Source: a virus
Reading direction: 5' to 3' (one strand)
Length of the DNA: 64,000 nt
IMG/VR virus record: IMGVR_UViG_3300010413_000096
Coordinates: 5,279 to 69,278 of that record
The translations under genes were made by a program, and so were the position numbers. Below, piece after piece: positions 9,012 through 17,322 of the stretch (position 1 is the stretch's first letter; each line of letters opens with the position of its first letter). The notes below the pieces were generated by a model that saw only the letters and a program-made list of their open reading frames with translations, did not search any database and was not told the origin of the DNA.

Positions 9012-9739
9012 GAGCCCGTCTCCGTCCACTGCACGGATGCGATTTTGCCCGCGCTACGGGTGATGACGCCGGTCATGCGTTGTTTCTCGACGCCAGAGCC
9101 ATCGTACTGGATGAAGTCGAGCTGTGAAACTTTTCCAGCACTGCGCGTGATTATCATCTCACGCACCTTCACCGTTTTGCCGCTGTTGGTCCAGTTGGTG
9201 ACGTTGATGACCTTACCCCCAGAACGCGTTATCTCCTGGTAGTTGGTTTCGGCTAACCAGTGCACCATGTCATCGAGGGCGTCATGCTGTGCTTCGGTGA
9301 TTCCGCTGCTAGGGCCTCCGCTGATGTTTGCATCGACCTCTTCTAGTGCTTCTTGTACGTTGGTCTTGGTGAGGTAGATAAGACCTGTGGGGTCAAAACC
9401 AACCTTGCTCGACCCTGGAGGGTGGCGAAATGTTGCAGTGCCTCCGGTTGAATCGACGATGGTTTCTTCAACGTCGACAGTCACCGAATCGATAACGTTG
9501 GCGATAGTATAGGTGCCGTCTGCGCCGGTGGTACCTGCTAGGGTGACCTTGTCCTTGGGTTCCGCGCGTTCATCGACATCGTGCACCAGGTCGATGCCAG
9601 AGAAGACGATGCGTTTCGTCGCAGCCGTCGTTGAAACGACCGTTGCACCTGTGATGTACGTCGTTGTGCCTGGGGAAGCAAGTTCGACAGCATCAACGAC
9701 GTCAGCATCACGTAGGTCTTCTTTGGTCAGTCCACTCAT
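9008..9739 (-). CDS. virion structural protein
   Basis: TNVQEALEEV fibre motif; three C-terminal ITRS(G/A)GK(V/I) repeats. Confidence 0.6.
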   Translation of the reverse strand: MSGLTKEDLRDADVVDAVELASPGTTTYITGATVVSTTAATKRIVFSGIDLVHDVDERAEPKDKVTLAGTTGADGTYTIANVIDSVTVDVEETIVDSTGGTATFRHPPGSSKVGFDPTGLIYLTKTNVQEALEEVDANISGGPSSGITEAQHDALDDMVHWLAETNYQEITRSGGKVINVTNWTNSGKTVKVREMIITRSAGKVSQLDFIQYDGSGVEKQRMTGVITRSAGKIASVQWTETGS

Positions 9740-10347
9740 CGGGTTTTCTTCGTAGTCTTCTTTCGTGTCGCTTTTTTCTTGGCGACTTTTTTCTTCGCTG
9801 GTGCTTTTTTACGCGGTAAAGTTTTCTTTTTTGTAGCGGCTGCCTTCAACTGTTCCTTCTTGGTTTGGCAGACGATGCAGTCTTCTCTGTCGCAGGGTAC
9901 ACCCTTGTGACAGGAGCAGTTGCAGTCGGCGGCATCTTCTTCATCCTGACAACCACAAACACAAATGGTTTTCAGCACTTCGGTGTCCGTACGGATGCCG
10001 TTACCGCCGTTTGTCTCTTCCTTTTTTTCTTCGACGGGCGTTTCGGGAACACCACGCTTGAGGTCTTCGCGGTAGCGTCGAATGACGCTGACCAGCGTGT
10101 TGGCGATGGTGATGCAGGAGCGATGCGTTCCTTCGCAGAAGCTCAGCTCCTTTTGAAGCTTCATGATTTGCGCTTCGGTTTCGAGGCGCAAGCGCTCGAA
10201 GTCAGTCAGAAAGCGGTGAAGAATCTCTTCGTACTCTTCGGGTACCGCGCCTTCCGAGAACGCACGGAGTTCAGCTTGGAGTTTCAGGTAGCGCTCGCGA
10301 TGGGTACCTCCACGGCGCAGGTCTTCGATGGGTGTATTCGTTGCCAT
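9736..10347 (-). CDS. coiled-coil protein with Cys-rich cluster and histone H1-like Lys-rich tail
   Basis: CVCGC..CNCSCH..C..C..C then KKKTLPRKKAPAKKKVAKKKATRKKTTKKTR. Confidence 0.7.
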   Translation of the reverse strand: MATNTPIEDLRRGGTHRERYLKLQAELRAFSEGAVPEEYEEILHRFLTDFERLRLETEAQIMKLQKELSFCEGTHRSCITIANTLVSVIRRYREDLKRGVPETPVEEKKEETNGGNGIRTDTEVLKTICVCGCQDEEDAADCNCSCHKGVPCDREDCIVCQTKKEQLKAAATKKKTLPRKKAPAKKKVAKKKATRKKTTKKTR

Positions 10348-10348
10348 G

Positions 10349-10585
10349 TCATGTTACCTGTTTTTGTTTGCGTGCCATCTTGTTCGCCACAACAAGGCAC
10401 GGTTCACAGTACACACCCCAGAACTCTTCTGGGAGTGCGGGGCCAGAGACGTGAAAGAAGCGCGTACCAGGGGGAACGATGTGACCAGACTTGCACCGAC
10501 CGTCGTGAGGGAAGTCGGGATTAAGGCTGCCTGCTTTATCGCGGGCGACCACCTCGTTCTGTGTCAACGTCGCTTTTGGGTACAC
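10349..10585 (-). CDS. small putative Zn-binding protein
   Basis: GTG start; CKSGH...YCEPC; fills the gap in the operon. Confidence 0.5.
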   Translation of the reverse strand: MYPKATLTQNEVVARDKAGSLNPDFPHDGRCKSGHIVPPGTRFFHVSGPALPEEFWGVYCEPCLVVANKMARKQKQVT

Positions 10586-10604
10586 GGGAGTCCACCGCTA
10601 CTGC

Positions 10605-12533
10605 CTATTGCAGGATGAAGTAGTTGATGTGGTCACCCGCTCGAACCAGTTCGAAGGGGGTGATTTGCGTGGTGGACGTCTCCGCATAGTCGTCGTCGTT
10701 GGCGACCGAGCCGGGGTCACGGAGCAACTTGCGCCAAAACACCCAGAGATTGACTCCGTTGTTGGTGCCGTCCAGGGTGTAGGTGTTCCCACCGGGAAGG
10801 GTATGCGCGGTCTGCTTGGGAATCGCGGAGGTCAGTCGCTCGATGACGCGCGTCACACTGCTGCCCGCGATGGCGTTGGACAGCGCTTGGAGCGAGGCAG
10901 TGATGGTCTGGCCACTGGTCAGGAACAAACCGGTGTAGTTTCGGTCACCGATTTGTTCGTTCAGCTCGTTGAGGCACTCCTCGACGCTGGTGTCCGAGGG
11001 GTTCGGCAAATCAGACCAGACGTAGTTCGCACCCGTGTTGGTGAGCGTGGGCGAGGTTTCACCATCGGCAGCACCGATGAACTCACGAATCTCACCGATG
11101 TCCTGGGTGAGGGCCGCGTCGGAGACGATGCCTCCGATGAGCGTGGTGCGCCCGGCAGTCTCTGAGAGTTCGTCCAGGCGGTAGCGGTCGCCGTAGTAGA
11201 AGTCCAAGCTTCCGGGGTGCCGGCTGACCTGCCACTTGATGGACCCGTCGTTGCCATCCGTGGTGAACGCCGCACCGTCCACCGTGACCGAAGAGGTCGA
11301 GATGAAGGCGGTGATTTTGGCGTGGCGTTGGTTGCCGTCAACCGCCGTGTTGTAGAGCGTCAGGTAACGGCCCACGTCCGCTTCGGACATGCCCGAAAGG
11401 CCCGTGACGTTGTTCGTGCCGTTGCTCACGCTGGCGGCGGCGCCGCTGCGACCGGAGATGATTTCCAGCTCGCTGTCGGTGGCTGCGCCTGTGTTCAGGC
11501 CGCTGAGGAGCTGGATGAAGAAGCGCGTGCCTTCGTTGTCCGCTGTGCGGTTGGGGTCTTTCTCGTTGCCAAAGGAGCGGCCGAAGATACGGTCGCCGTC
11601 TTCCTCTTCGAGACCGAGACGTACCAGCGGGTCCACGACATCCACGAAGGTGGCGTCGTAGTTGGCCGCATCCTCGGCGCCCGAGTCTGCGATGGGGATG
11701 CCTCGGCGGTCGACCGCATCGGCGTAGCTACGGCTGGACAGGATACCCTTGAGGTCTCCCTCGAGCTTCCAGTCGCAGCTTTCGTTGGTCAGAGAGTTCA
11801 GGCCATCCAGCTCGACGGTTTGACCGTCCGTGACCGCTTTGATGCGGTACGTGCCGTCGGCATCGGTCGAGTTCGAGATGGTGATGAAGGAGTTGAGGTC
11901 CCCCGCGACGAAGTGCATGTCGGTGACCACGAAGGTCTCGTCGCCGATGGCCAGGGTACCCGTGCCGGTTTCTGCGATAGAAGGACGCAGCTTGGCAGCC
12001 ACTTCCTGGACATCGCGAACACGCGCGTAGCCATCCACCGACAGAAGGTTCGTCAGGTTCTTGGGAATGCTCACACCCACCGCGCTGGGGCGCTGATAGG
12101 TGGGTACGTCGCTGGTGTGGCTCGCGGTGCCTTTGATGAGCTTGCGGTCGGTGCGCTCGAAGTTGAGGTCGTCCTCGAGCGAGTAGGGCTCGTTGATGGT
12201 CCACGTCCCCGCGTACGCTTCGGTGACGCCACTCGCGTTGGTATACTTGAGCGTCGTTCCCGAGGTGACATCCTCGATGAGGAATTCACCGTTGTTGCCG
12301 GGGCTGGTCGCACCCGCGATTGTGATGAAGCGACCGATGTCCGCGCTGGTGAACGCGGCGCCTGCGTCGGTGAGCGTGACTACGCCCGCTGCCACTGCGA
12401 AGCTATCGCCTGTTCCGGTGCTCGTTTGAGAACCTTTGGCGAGCCCCTCGTCGGCCAGCGTCTTGGCGTTGTCGACGTTGATGGAACCCTGGATGTCCAG
12501 GAGTTGGCTCAGAAGCCCTGCTTTGACCGACAT
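10605..12533 (-). CDS. large virion structural protein with three repeated beta domains
   Basis: 642 aa, strong codon bias; repeats FTSADIGRFITI, FVAGDLNSFITI, MSEADVGRYLTL; RBS AGGAG. Confidence 0.7.
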   Translation of the reverse strand: MSVKAGLLSQLLDIQGSINVDNAKTLADEGLAKGSQTSTGTGDSFAVAAGVVTLTDAGAAFTSADIGRFITIAGATSPGNNGEFLIEDVTSGTTLKYTNASGVTEAYAGTWTINEPYSLEDDLNFERTDRKLIKGTASHTSDVPTYQRPSAVGVSIPKNLTNLLSVDGYARVRDVQEVAAKLRPSIAETGTGTLAIGDETFVVTDMHFVAGDLNSFITISNSTDADGTYRIKAVTDGQTVELDGLNSLTNESCDWKLEGDLKGILSSRSYADAVDRRGIPIADSGAEDAANYDATFVDVVDPLVRLGLEEEDGDRIFGRSFGNEKDPNRTADNEGTRFFIQLLSGLNTGAATDSELEIISGRSGAAASVSNGTNNVTGLSGMSEADVGRYLTLYNTAVDGNQRHAKITAFISTSSVTVDGAAFTTDGNDGSIKWQVSRHPGSLDFYYGDRYRLDELSETAGRTTLIGGIVSDAALTQDIGEIREFIGAADGETSPTLTNTGANYVWSDLPNPSDTSVEECLNELNEQIGDRNYTGLFLTSGQTITASLQALSNAIAGSSVTRVIERLTSAIPKQTAHTLPGGNTYTLDGTNNGVNLWVFWRKLLRDPGSVANDDDYAETSTTQITPFELVRAGDHINYFILQ

Positions 12534-12548
12534 GTGATTCTCCTATCG

Positions 12549-12848
12549 CTAGACGGCAGCTATGTAGTCTGCACGCAGTCTGCTCGTTGTTTGCGGCGTA
12601 AAGTGTCGAATGCGCACGAGGTCGAAACCTCCACCGGGCACGCTTTCAAGCACCTCGTATTCGTATTCAAACAGCCGACGACCTCCATGATACACCTTCA
12701 CTTGAGACCTCGGCGGGTCGTGAACGGCTGGTTCGGGGAGATAGAAGTCTTTGTTCGCATCGTTGTAAACTCCAATGAGCGCAATGTTCTCCCTGACCCT
12801 GAGTAGCAACGCGCCGCCGGCTGCTGAACTGGTAGCTTGTAAGCGCAT
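12549..12848 (-). CDS. hypothetical virion protein
   Basis: 99 aa, RBS GGAG, downstream of the promoter motif at 12897. Confidence 0.6.
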   Translation of the reverse strand: MRLQATSSAAGGALLLRVRENIALIGVYNDANKDFYLPEPAVHDPPRSQVKVYHGGRRLFEYEYEVLESVPGGGFDLVRIRHFTPQTTSRLRADYIAAV

Positions 12849-12896
12849 TCGTCACTCCAGCTCATGTTACCAGTTGCAGCAAGCATTCCACCTCTA

Positions 12897-12906
12897 AGTA
12901 TAGGTC
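12897..12906 (-). promoter_or_regulatory. putative late promoter -10 element (GACC-TATACT)
   Basis: matches the recurring RCC-TAnnnT motif; no clear TTG -35 box here. Confidence 0.5.
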
Positions 12907-13153
12907 ATTTGGCACGTTTCAGTAGCCTCAAAAAGTTGCGCTTCGTCGCGTCATACATCGCAAAAACGGAGTTCAGGTACTCTTCTTTGAACTCCGACAT
13001 CTGCTCTTCTGTGATGTCGAAGCGTACCCAAAGCTGCTGTCCTTGAAAGTAGTGACCCGCCGTGTCGATTTTTTTGACGACCTTGATGAACGTGGCCAGA
13101 TTCATGTCCGCTGTGTCTGGTAGTTTCTTGTGCGTCTGTGCGTGCTGTGTCAT
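12905..13153 (-). CDS. hypothetical protein (DUF5659-like pattern)
   Basis: TADMNLATFI...WVRFD...EEYLNS. Confidence 0.5.
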   Translation of the reverse strand: MTQHAQTHKKLPDTADMNLATFIKVVKKIDTAGHYFQGQQLWVRFDITEEQMSEFKEEYLNSVFAMYDATKRNFLRLLKRAK

Positions 13154-13187
13154 GTGCTTTACCGCGTAATGTCATGTCGGTTCTAAC

Positions 13188-13223
13188 AAAAAGGCGCGTG
13201 CAGCCGTAGCCAACACGCGCCTT
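13188..13223 (-). terminator. intrinsic terminator after the capsid operon
   Basis: minus strand AAGGCGCGTG-N13-CACGCGCC followed by TTTTT. Confidence 0.75.
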
Positions 13224-13243
13224 CAAGAAAGCTAGTTTGGATG

Positions 13244-13705
13244 CTATTTGCCGCTGCGAGAACCCCGTCCTCTGCGACGGGACCCCTTCGACGATGGCGC
13301 GTCCTCGTCCGCATCCTCTTTCGGCTCCTCCGCCTTCGCCGACGTTACCACAACGGGCTTCTCCTCGACAGACACGTTGTCCGTGAGGTCCACCTCTGTG
13401 GTCTTCGGCTCTTCTTTCGGAGGTTCTTCTTTGGGTGGCTCGGGTTTCGGAGCCGCCTTGGGAGCGGGTTTGGGCGCCGCCGCCGGAGCAGGGGCGGGGG
13501 CGGAGACTGGAGCCGGGCCTCCCAGCTTGGTAGCCTCGAGACCGGCTTTCAGGTAGTGCTGCACCAGGGGGTGCTTGAAGGTGACGGCGTCGACGTTGGC
13601 TCCCGCGCCCTTCTCTGCAAGGACGATGGGTTGGCCTCGGTCATCCAGGACCTGCGATAGGTCCAAGGAACCGTCCCCTTTCCAGGTGAGACGGTATTTA
13701 TCCAT
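13244..13705 (-). CDS. head-associated protein with Pro/Ala/Glu-rich linker and basic tail
   Basis: start MDKYRL with GGAGG RBS; immediately downstream of the major capsid gene. Confidence 0.65.
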   Translation of the reverse strand: MDKYRLTWKGDGSLDLSQVLDDRGQPIVLAEKGAGANVDAVTFKHPLVQHYLKAGLEATKLGGPAPVSAPAPAPAAAPKPAPKAAPKPEPPKEEPPKEEPKTTEVDLTDNVSVEEKPVVVTSAKAEEPKEDADEDAPSSKGSRRRGRGSRSGK

Positions 13706-13761
13706 GGTTCCCTCCATCGGCGCACGTCGAGACATGCGCTATGAGCTAGCCGCCACCAACC

Positions 13762-13777
13762 GCCGGGCGAACCCGGC
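13762..13777 (-). other. stem-loop 3' of the major capsid gene (possible mRNA stabiliser)
   Basis: minus strand GCCGGG-TTCG-CCCGGC, 10 nt after the stop codon. Confidence 0.5.
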
Positions 13778-13786
13778 TACGTCCGA

Positions 13787-14701
13787 CTAGGTCGGGAACT
13801 GGATGACCTGGAAGGCAATCGTGTTGCCGATGCCGATGCCAGGTGCCGCGTAGCTCCAGAACTCGATGATGTCGGCTTCCTGCTTGATGTACAGCGTCGC
13901 ATCCTGAAGCAGGAAGAAGTTGCCGAGGAAGTTCTCGGGGGCGAAGACGTACGCCTTCTTCGGGTCCAGGATGTCGCCCTTGATGGTCGACACCACTGGG
14001 ATACCCCAGAGCTTCTCCTCGTCCTCGATGCCCTCGTCGTAGTGCCGGCTGGCCACGTCGTCACCGACGCTGGTGGCTGGCAGGTCGAGAGCCTCGTAGT
14101 ACAGCTCCTTCGTCATCAGGATTTTCCCGATGGGCTGACGCCGGCGGACCATCGCCTGGAAGGCCTTCCGGAACGCCGAGGAGTTGAACCCGGTGCCAGC
14201 GGTGATTTGCACCGCCGCGTTCAGGGCCGCCAAGTCGTCCACCGTGACGATGAACTTCTTGTCCTCCTGGTCCGCCATGTCCTTCACGGAGTTGTCCGAG
14301 AGGATTTTGCGGATGTCGTTCTGGTAGGTCATCAGCTCCCACTTGTTCTTGGTGAAGCGCTGGGATTCGGTCTTCCCGAACTTCACCGCGTAGCGGGGGC
14401 CTCGGAACCAGGTCCGGGGACCGGTGCCCTGAAACGTGACGAAGGTGGCCACGCTGTCGGGCTCCTTCTCCACGATTTTCTTGGGCTGGTCCGTGTTCTC
14501 GTCCCGGTCGATTTCATCGTCCCCGAGGAGAATCGGGTTGATGACCTCGCGGGCGAAGGACTCCTGGCGCACCTTCATACGAATGAAGGCGCTCCCCTCG
14601 TCCTGGGCTTCTTTGACTCGGCCCTCTTCCAGCTTCCGCACGAAGTTGGAGTTGATGAGCTGGGCCGAGACTTCCTTTGTCTCGGTCTGATATGCACGCA
14701 T
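13787..14701 (-). CDS. major capsid protein (HK97/encapsulin-like fold)
   Basis: 304 aa, very high GC3, GGAGG RBS; follows protease-scaffold-decoration genes; LWGIPVVSTIK, AYVFAPENFLG and terminal GIGIGN patterns. Confidence 0.8.
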   Translation of the reverse strand: MRAYQTETKEVSAQLINSNFVRKLEEGRVKEAQDEGSAFIRMKVRQESFAREVINPILLGDDEIDRDENTDQPKKIVEKEPDSVATFVTFQGTGPRTWFRGPRYAVKFGKTESQRFTKNKWELMTYQNDIRKILSDNSVKDMADQEDKKFIVTVDDLAALNAAVQITAGTGFNSSAFRKAFQAMVRRRQPIGKILMTKELYYEALDLPATSVGDDVASRHYDEGIEDEEKLWGIPVVSTIKGDILDPKKAYVFAPENFLGNFFLLQDATLYIKQEADIIEFWSYAAPGIGIGNTIAFQVIQFPT

Positions 14702-14780
14702 CGTGTCCTCCGAATGTTCAAGCCGGAAAAGAGACCGGCACTCTTGTTACGTTACCTCGTTCTAGGTCGCCCCGACCCGT

Positions 14781-15236
14781 CTACTGCGCGTCGGCGATGT
14801 AGACCTTGCCCTCGGTGGCCGTCTTGTCGTACAGGACGTAGCCGATGAGCTGGTCCGTGGCGCCCTTCACCTTGAGCTTGCCCGCGTTGAACGACACCGG
14901 GGTGCCGGGCGGATACGAGCCGGCCTCGTACTGGTCGGTCGACCAGATGAGTCCGCTGCCCACGCGGCAGGCCTGTCCACCTTCGACGAACTGACCGGAG
15001 TAGTCGTCGTTGCCCTCCATCACCAGCCAGACCTGCACGGGGTCGGCGGAGGTGATGTCCGGGGTGGTGGCGGCGTCCATGACGGTCTCGCCGTTTTGCA
15101 GTTCCTGGGTGACGAGCGTTCCACCGGGGAGGCTCACGGGCACGCCAGCGTTCTTCTTCACCTTGAAGGGCTCGGCCAGCGCGCTTCCGTTGGGGTAACC
15201 CCGATGAAAGTCGAACTTCGAATTCAGAATGGCCAT
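14781..15236 (-). CDS. capsid decoration/cement protein
   Basis: 151 aa directly upstream of the MCP; YPPGTPVSFNAGKL...IGYV beta-tulip-like pattern; strong codon bias. Confidence 0.6.
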   Translation of the reverse strand: MAILNSKFDFHRGYPNGSALAEPFKVKKNAGVPVSLPGGTLVTQELQNGETVMDAATTPDITSADPVQVWLVMEGNDDYSGQFVEGGQACRVGSGLIWSTDQYEAGSYPPGTPVSFNAGKLKVKGATDQLIGYVLYDKTATEGKVYIADAQ

Positions 15237-15269
15237 GGTGTCTCTCCTGTTTAGAGGGGGCGACCCTCG

Positions 15270-15653
15270 TTACGACATTATCCAGTTCAAGAAATGGTCG
15301 TCGGCTTGCGCAGACGCCTCTTTCACTTGCTCCGCTTTCGACGTCGGCGCCGCCGAATCGCCATCCCGAATGTCGCTGGATTCGCCCAATCCGTCGGGGG
15401 GTGCTTCGGCATGCCGTTCTGCCAGCTTGGCGAACGCTTCGACGACACCTTGGTCGGACGAAGCGATTTTCTCGAGGACGTCGTCGGGAAGACTCTCGCC
15501 TGTGACGTTGGCAACCTTCTCCCCGAGTTCCCTCGCGACCTTCAGACGCTCGGCCCGCGCGGTTTCCTCCCGCTGAACTTCCTCTTGGTCGAGGTGTTCG
15601 GCCAGCTTCTCCAGCGCTTCCGCTGTTTTCAGCAAGAATTCGCGCGACATCAT
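15270..15653 (-). CDS. scaffold-like helical protein
   Basis: start MMSREF with GGAGG RBS; acidic helical protein with KTA/KLA/KVA/KIA sites. Confidence 0.55.
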   Translation of the reverse strand: MMSREFLLKTAEALEKLAEHLDQEEVQREETARAERLKVARELGEKVANVTGESLPDDVLEKIASSDQGVVEAFAKLAERHAEAPPDGLGESSDIRDGDSAAPTSKAEQVKEASAQADDHFLNWIMS

Positions 15654-15793
15654 TTCCTCCCGAGCTTCCGTTTCAGCAAGGTCAACCCCACGGAGCCGCG
15701 AATGAGTTCGGCGCACTTGACCATCTTGCGCTTCTCGTGCTCGTCGGCTTCTTTGCGCAGCTCGGCTGCTAGTTTACGAAGTTCTTCCTGCAT
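15650..15793 (-). CDS. small helical protein (47 aa, not in ORF track)
   Basis: translated by hand as MQEELRKLAAELRKEADEHEKRKMVKCAELIRGSVGLTLLKRKLGRK; ATGA coupling to the next gene. Confidence 0.6.
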   Translation of the reverse strand: MQEELRKLAAELRKEADEHEKRKMVKCAELIRGSVGLTLLKRKLGRK

Positions 15794-16025
15794 TGACCTG
15801 TGCCACGAAGTTGCGGAGGTCATCATACGAGACCTCGGGGTTTTCCGTCATGTTCCGACACTGCTCCGCGAGCTTCATCAGCTCTTGGCCAACATCGGTT
15901 CGAACGCGAGGCTGCATGGTGCCGCGAAGCACCTGCCGCTCTGCGGTCTTGATTTGTTCTTCGGCGGCGACCTCTCGCAGAATTTGCGAGGCGGCTTCGC
16001 TGACCGATGGGTACTTCATCCGCAT
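15774..16025 (-). CDS. small head-assembly protein
   Basis: 83 aa helical, IKTAE and MKLAE sites; TGATG coupling. Confidence 0.6.
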   Translation of the reverse strand: MRMKYPSVSEAASQILREVAAEEQIKTAERQVLRGTMQPRVRTDVGQELMKLAEQCRNMTENPEVSYDDLRNFVAQVNAGRTS

Positions 16026-16600
16026 CAGTATCCTCCAACGCCTTCGAGTTCGGGGTACAGACCCGTGCGGCCCACGCCGCGCGCAACCTGTCCGAGACCT
16101 CGAACGAGCTGAGGTGCAGCGAGACCAGCAGCAGCGCCGGCACCGAACGCGATGTTCCGTGTGCGCCGCTTGTCGGCTTCGCCTCGTTCTTTTCCAGCAC
16201 CGTAAGCGAGTGCGCCTCCACCTGCGCCAAGGGCTCCAAGGCCCAAGCCACCAGCGGCTAGCGCTTTGTAGCGCCCCAACTGACCAGGTTTCGCGCCGAG
16301 TTCACCCATCTCTTTGGCGTACTGAGCCGCTTGCTGTTCCGCCTTCTGCTTCGCAGCTTGCGCCGCAGCGACATCGAACTCCATCTGGCCCATGCGGTGG
16401 GCTGCGTCCTGAATCGCTTTCTCCTTCGCCGCGAGTTGCTCGCTTGCTTGAGCGAACCCACGTTCGGCACGCTGGATGCGCCCTGGTTTGGCGACCACAC
16501 GACCCAGCCAGTCGAAGAAGCCAGCCTCTTTTGTCAGCGTTCCGTGTGCGTCTTGGAAGAGCTGACCGTAGAGGCCGAGTATGTCAGGACGGTACCGCAT
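16025..16600 (-). CDS. putative internal head/ejection protein
   Basis: N-terminal segment ending TKEAG, coiled coil, Gly/Ala-rich hydrophobic segments. Confidence 0.55.
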   Translation of the reverse strand: MRYRPDILGLYGQLFQDAHGTLTKEAGFFDWLGRVVAKPGRIQRAERGFAQASEQLAAKEKAIQDAAHRMGQMEFDVAAAQAAKQKAEQQAAQYAKEMGELGAKPGQLGRYKALAAGGLGLGALGAGGGALAYGAGKERGEADKRRTRNIAFGAGAAAGLAAPQLVRGLGQVARGVGRTGLYPELEGVGGY

Positions 16601-16601
16601 G

Positions 16602-17249
16602 TTACGCCGCTTGCTGCACCTGACGGAGCACGTTGTTGATGGTCAGAGCGCCTTGCTTGTAGCACTCCGAGGCCATCTTGTGCATCTCGGTCATCGTGTC
16701 GCCGTAGCCGCTCTGGAAGTCGTCCTCGGCGGTCTTGACCAGTTGGTCCCAGGTCTGCCGGTATCCGAGGTCGACCGCCTCTTTGACGAGGTCCGGGTTC
16801 TCGGAAGCGAACTTCTGGAACTCGGCGTCGTTGGCGGCGGCGGTCTTGATGGCGTGGAGGTCCGCATCGGCGGCGAGGGAACGCGGCTGTGCCTGAGCGG
16901 TTTTCACGCTCGGGGCTTGCAGGGCCGCTTCTTCGTACTGCCCGAAGCGCTCCATGAAACCGTCGCACATGGCGGCGCCGTAGATTTGCGCTTGCTTCAT
17001 CATCGCTTCCTCTTCGGCGGACGTCAGGTCCTCGGCGAGCTTGAGCAGGTCCCCGGCGGGGTTCCGCGAGGGCTCGGTCGCAGCGGCAGTCTTCACCTGG
17101 GAAGGCGCGGCTGCGAGCGCTTCGCGCAACGCTCCACGGAGGGCGTCGGGGTTCGTTGGCGTTCTGTTGCTGGTCGCGGCCGATGCGGTCTTGATGCCCT
17201 CTTCGGAACGGCTCGCGTCCAGGCGTTTCATGATGTCTTTGATTTCCAT
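16602..17249 (-). CDS. scaffold/internal head protein rich in KTA motifs
   Basis: start MEIKDIM with GAGG RBS; five (I/V)KTA sites; strong codon bias. Confidence 0.65.
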   Translation of the reverse strand: MEIKDIMKRLDASRSEEGIKTASAATSNRTPTNPDALRGALREALAAAPSQVKTAAATEPSRNPAGDLLKLAEDLTSAEEEAMMKQAQIYGAAMCDGFMERFGQYEEAALQAPSVKTAQAQPRSLAADADLHAIKTAAANDAEFQKFASENPDLVKEAVDLGYRQTWDQLVKTAEDDFQSGYGDTMTEMHKMASECYKQGALTINNVLRQVQQAA

Positions 17250-17286
17250 GGTGACCTCGCTACGGTTCCAGGCAAATTTCAACCCA

Positions 17287-17315
17287 ATAATAGGTCGAAG
17301 GTCCTGGGAAGACAA
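17287..17315 (-). promoter_or_regulatory. putative late promoter
   Basis: TTGTCT-17 bp (ending GACC)-TATTAT upstream of the scaffold/capsid operon. Confidence 0.65.
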
Positions 17316-17322
17316 GTTAGAT

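Noticed and set aside
11217-12806. Long antisense ORFs (e.g. 11217-12806, 23659-25014, 25973-27376, 45214-47082, 48241-49446, 60961-62160)
   Set aside because: They mirror well-supported genes on the opposite strand and are expected from high GC3 codon bias; no recognisable motifs
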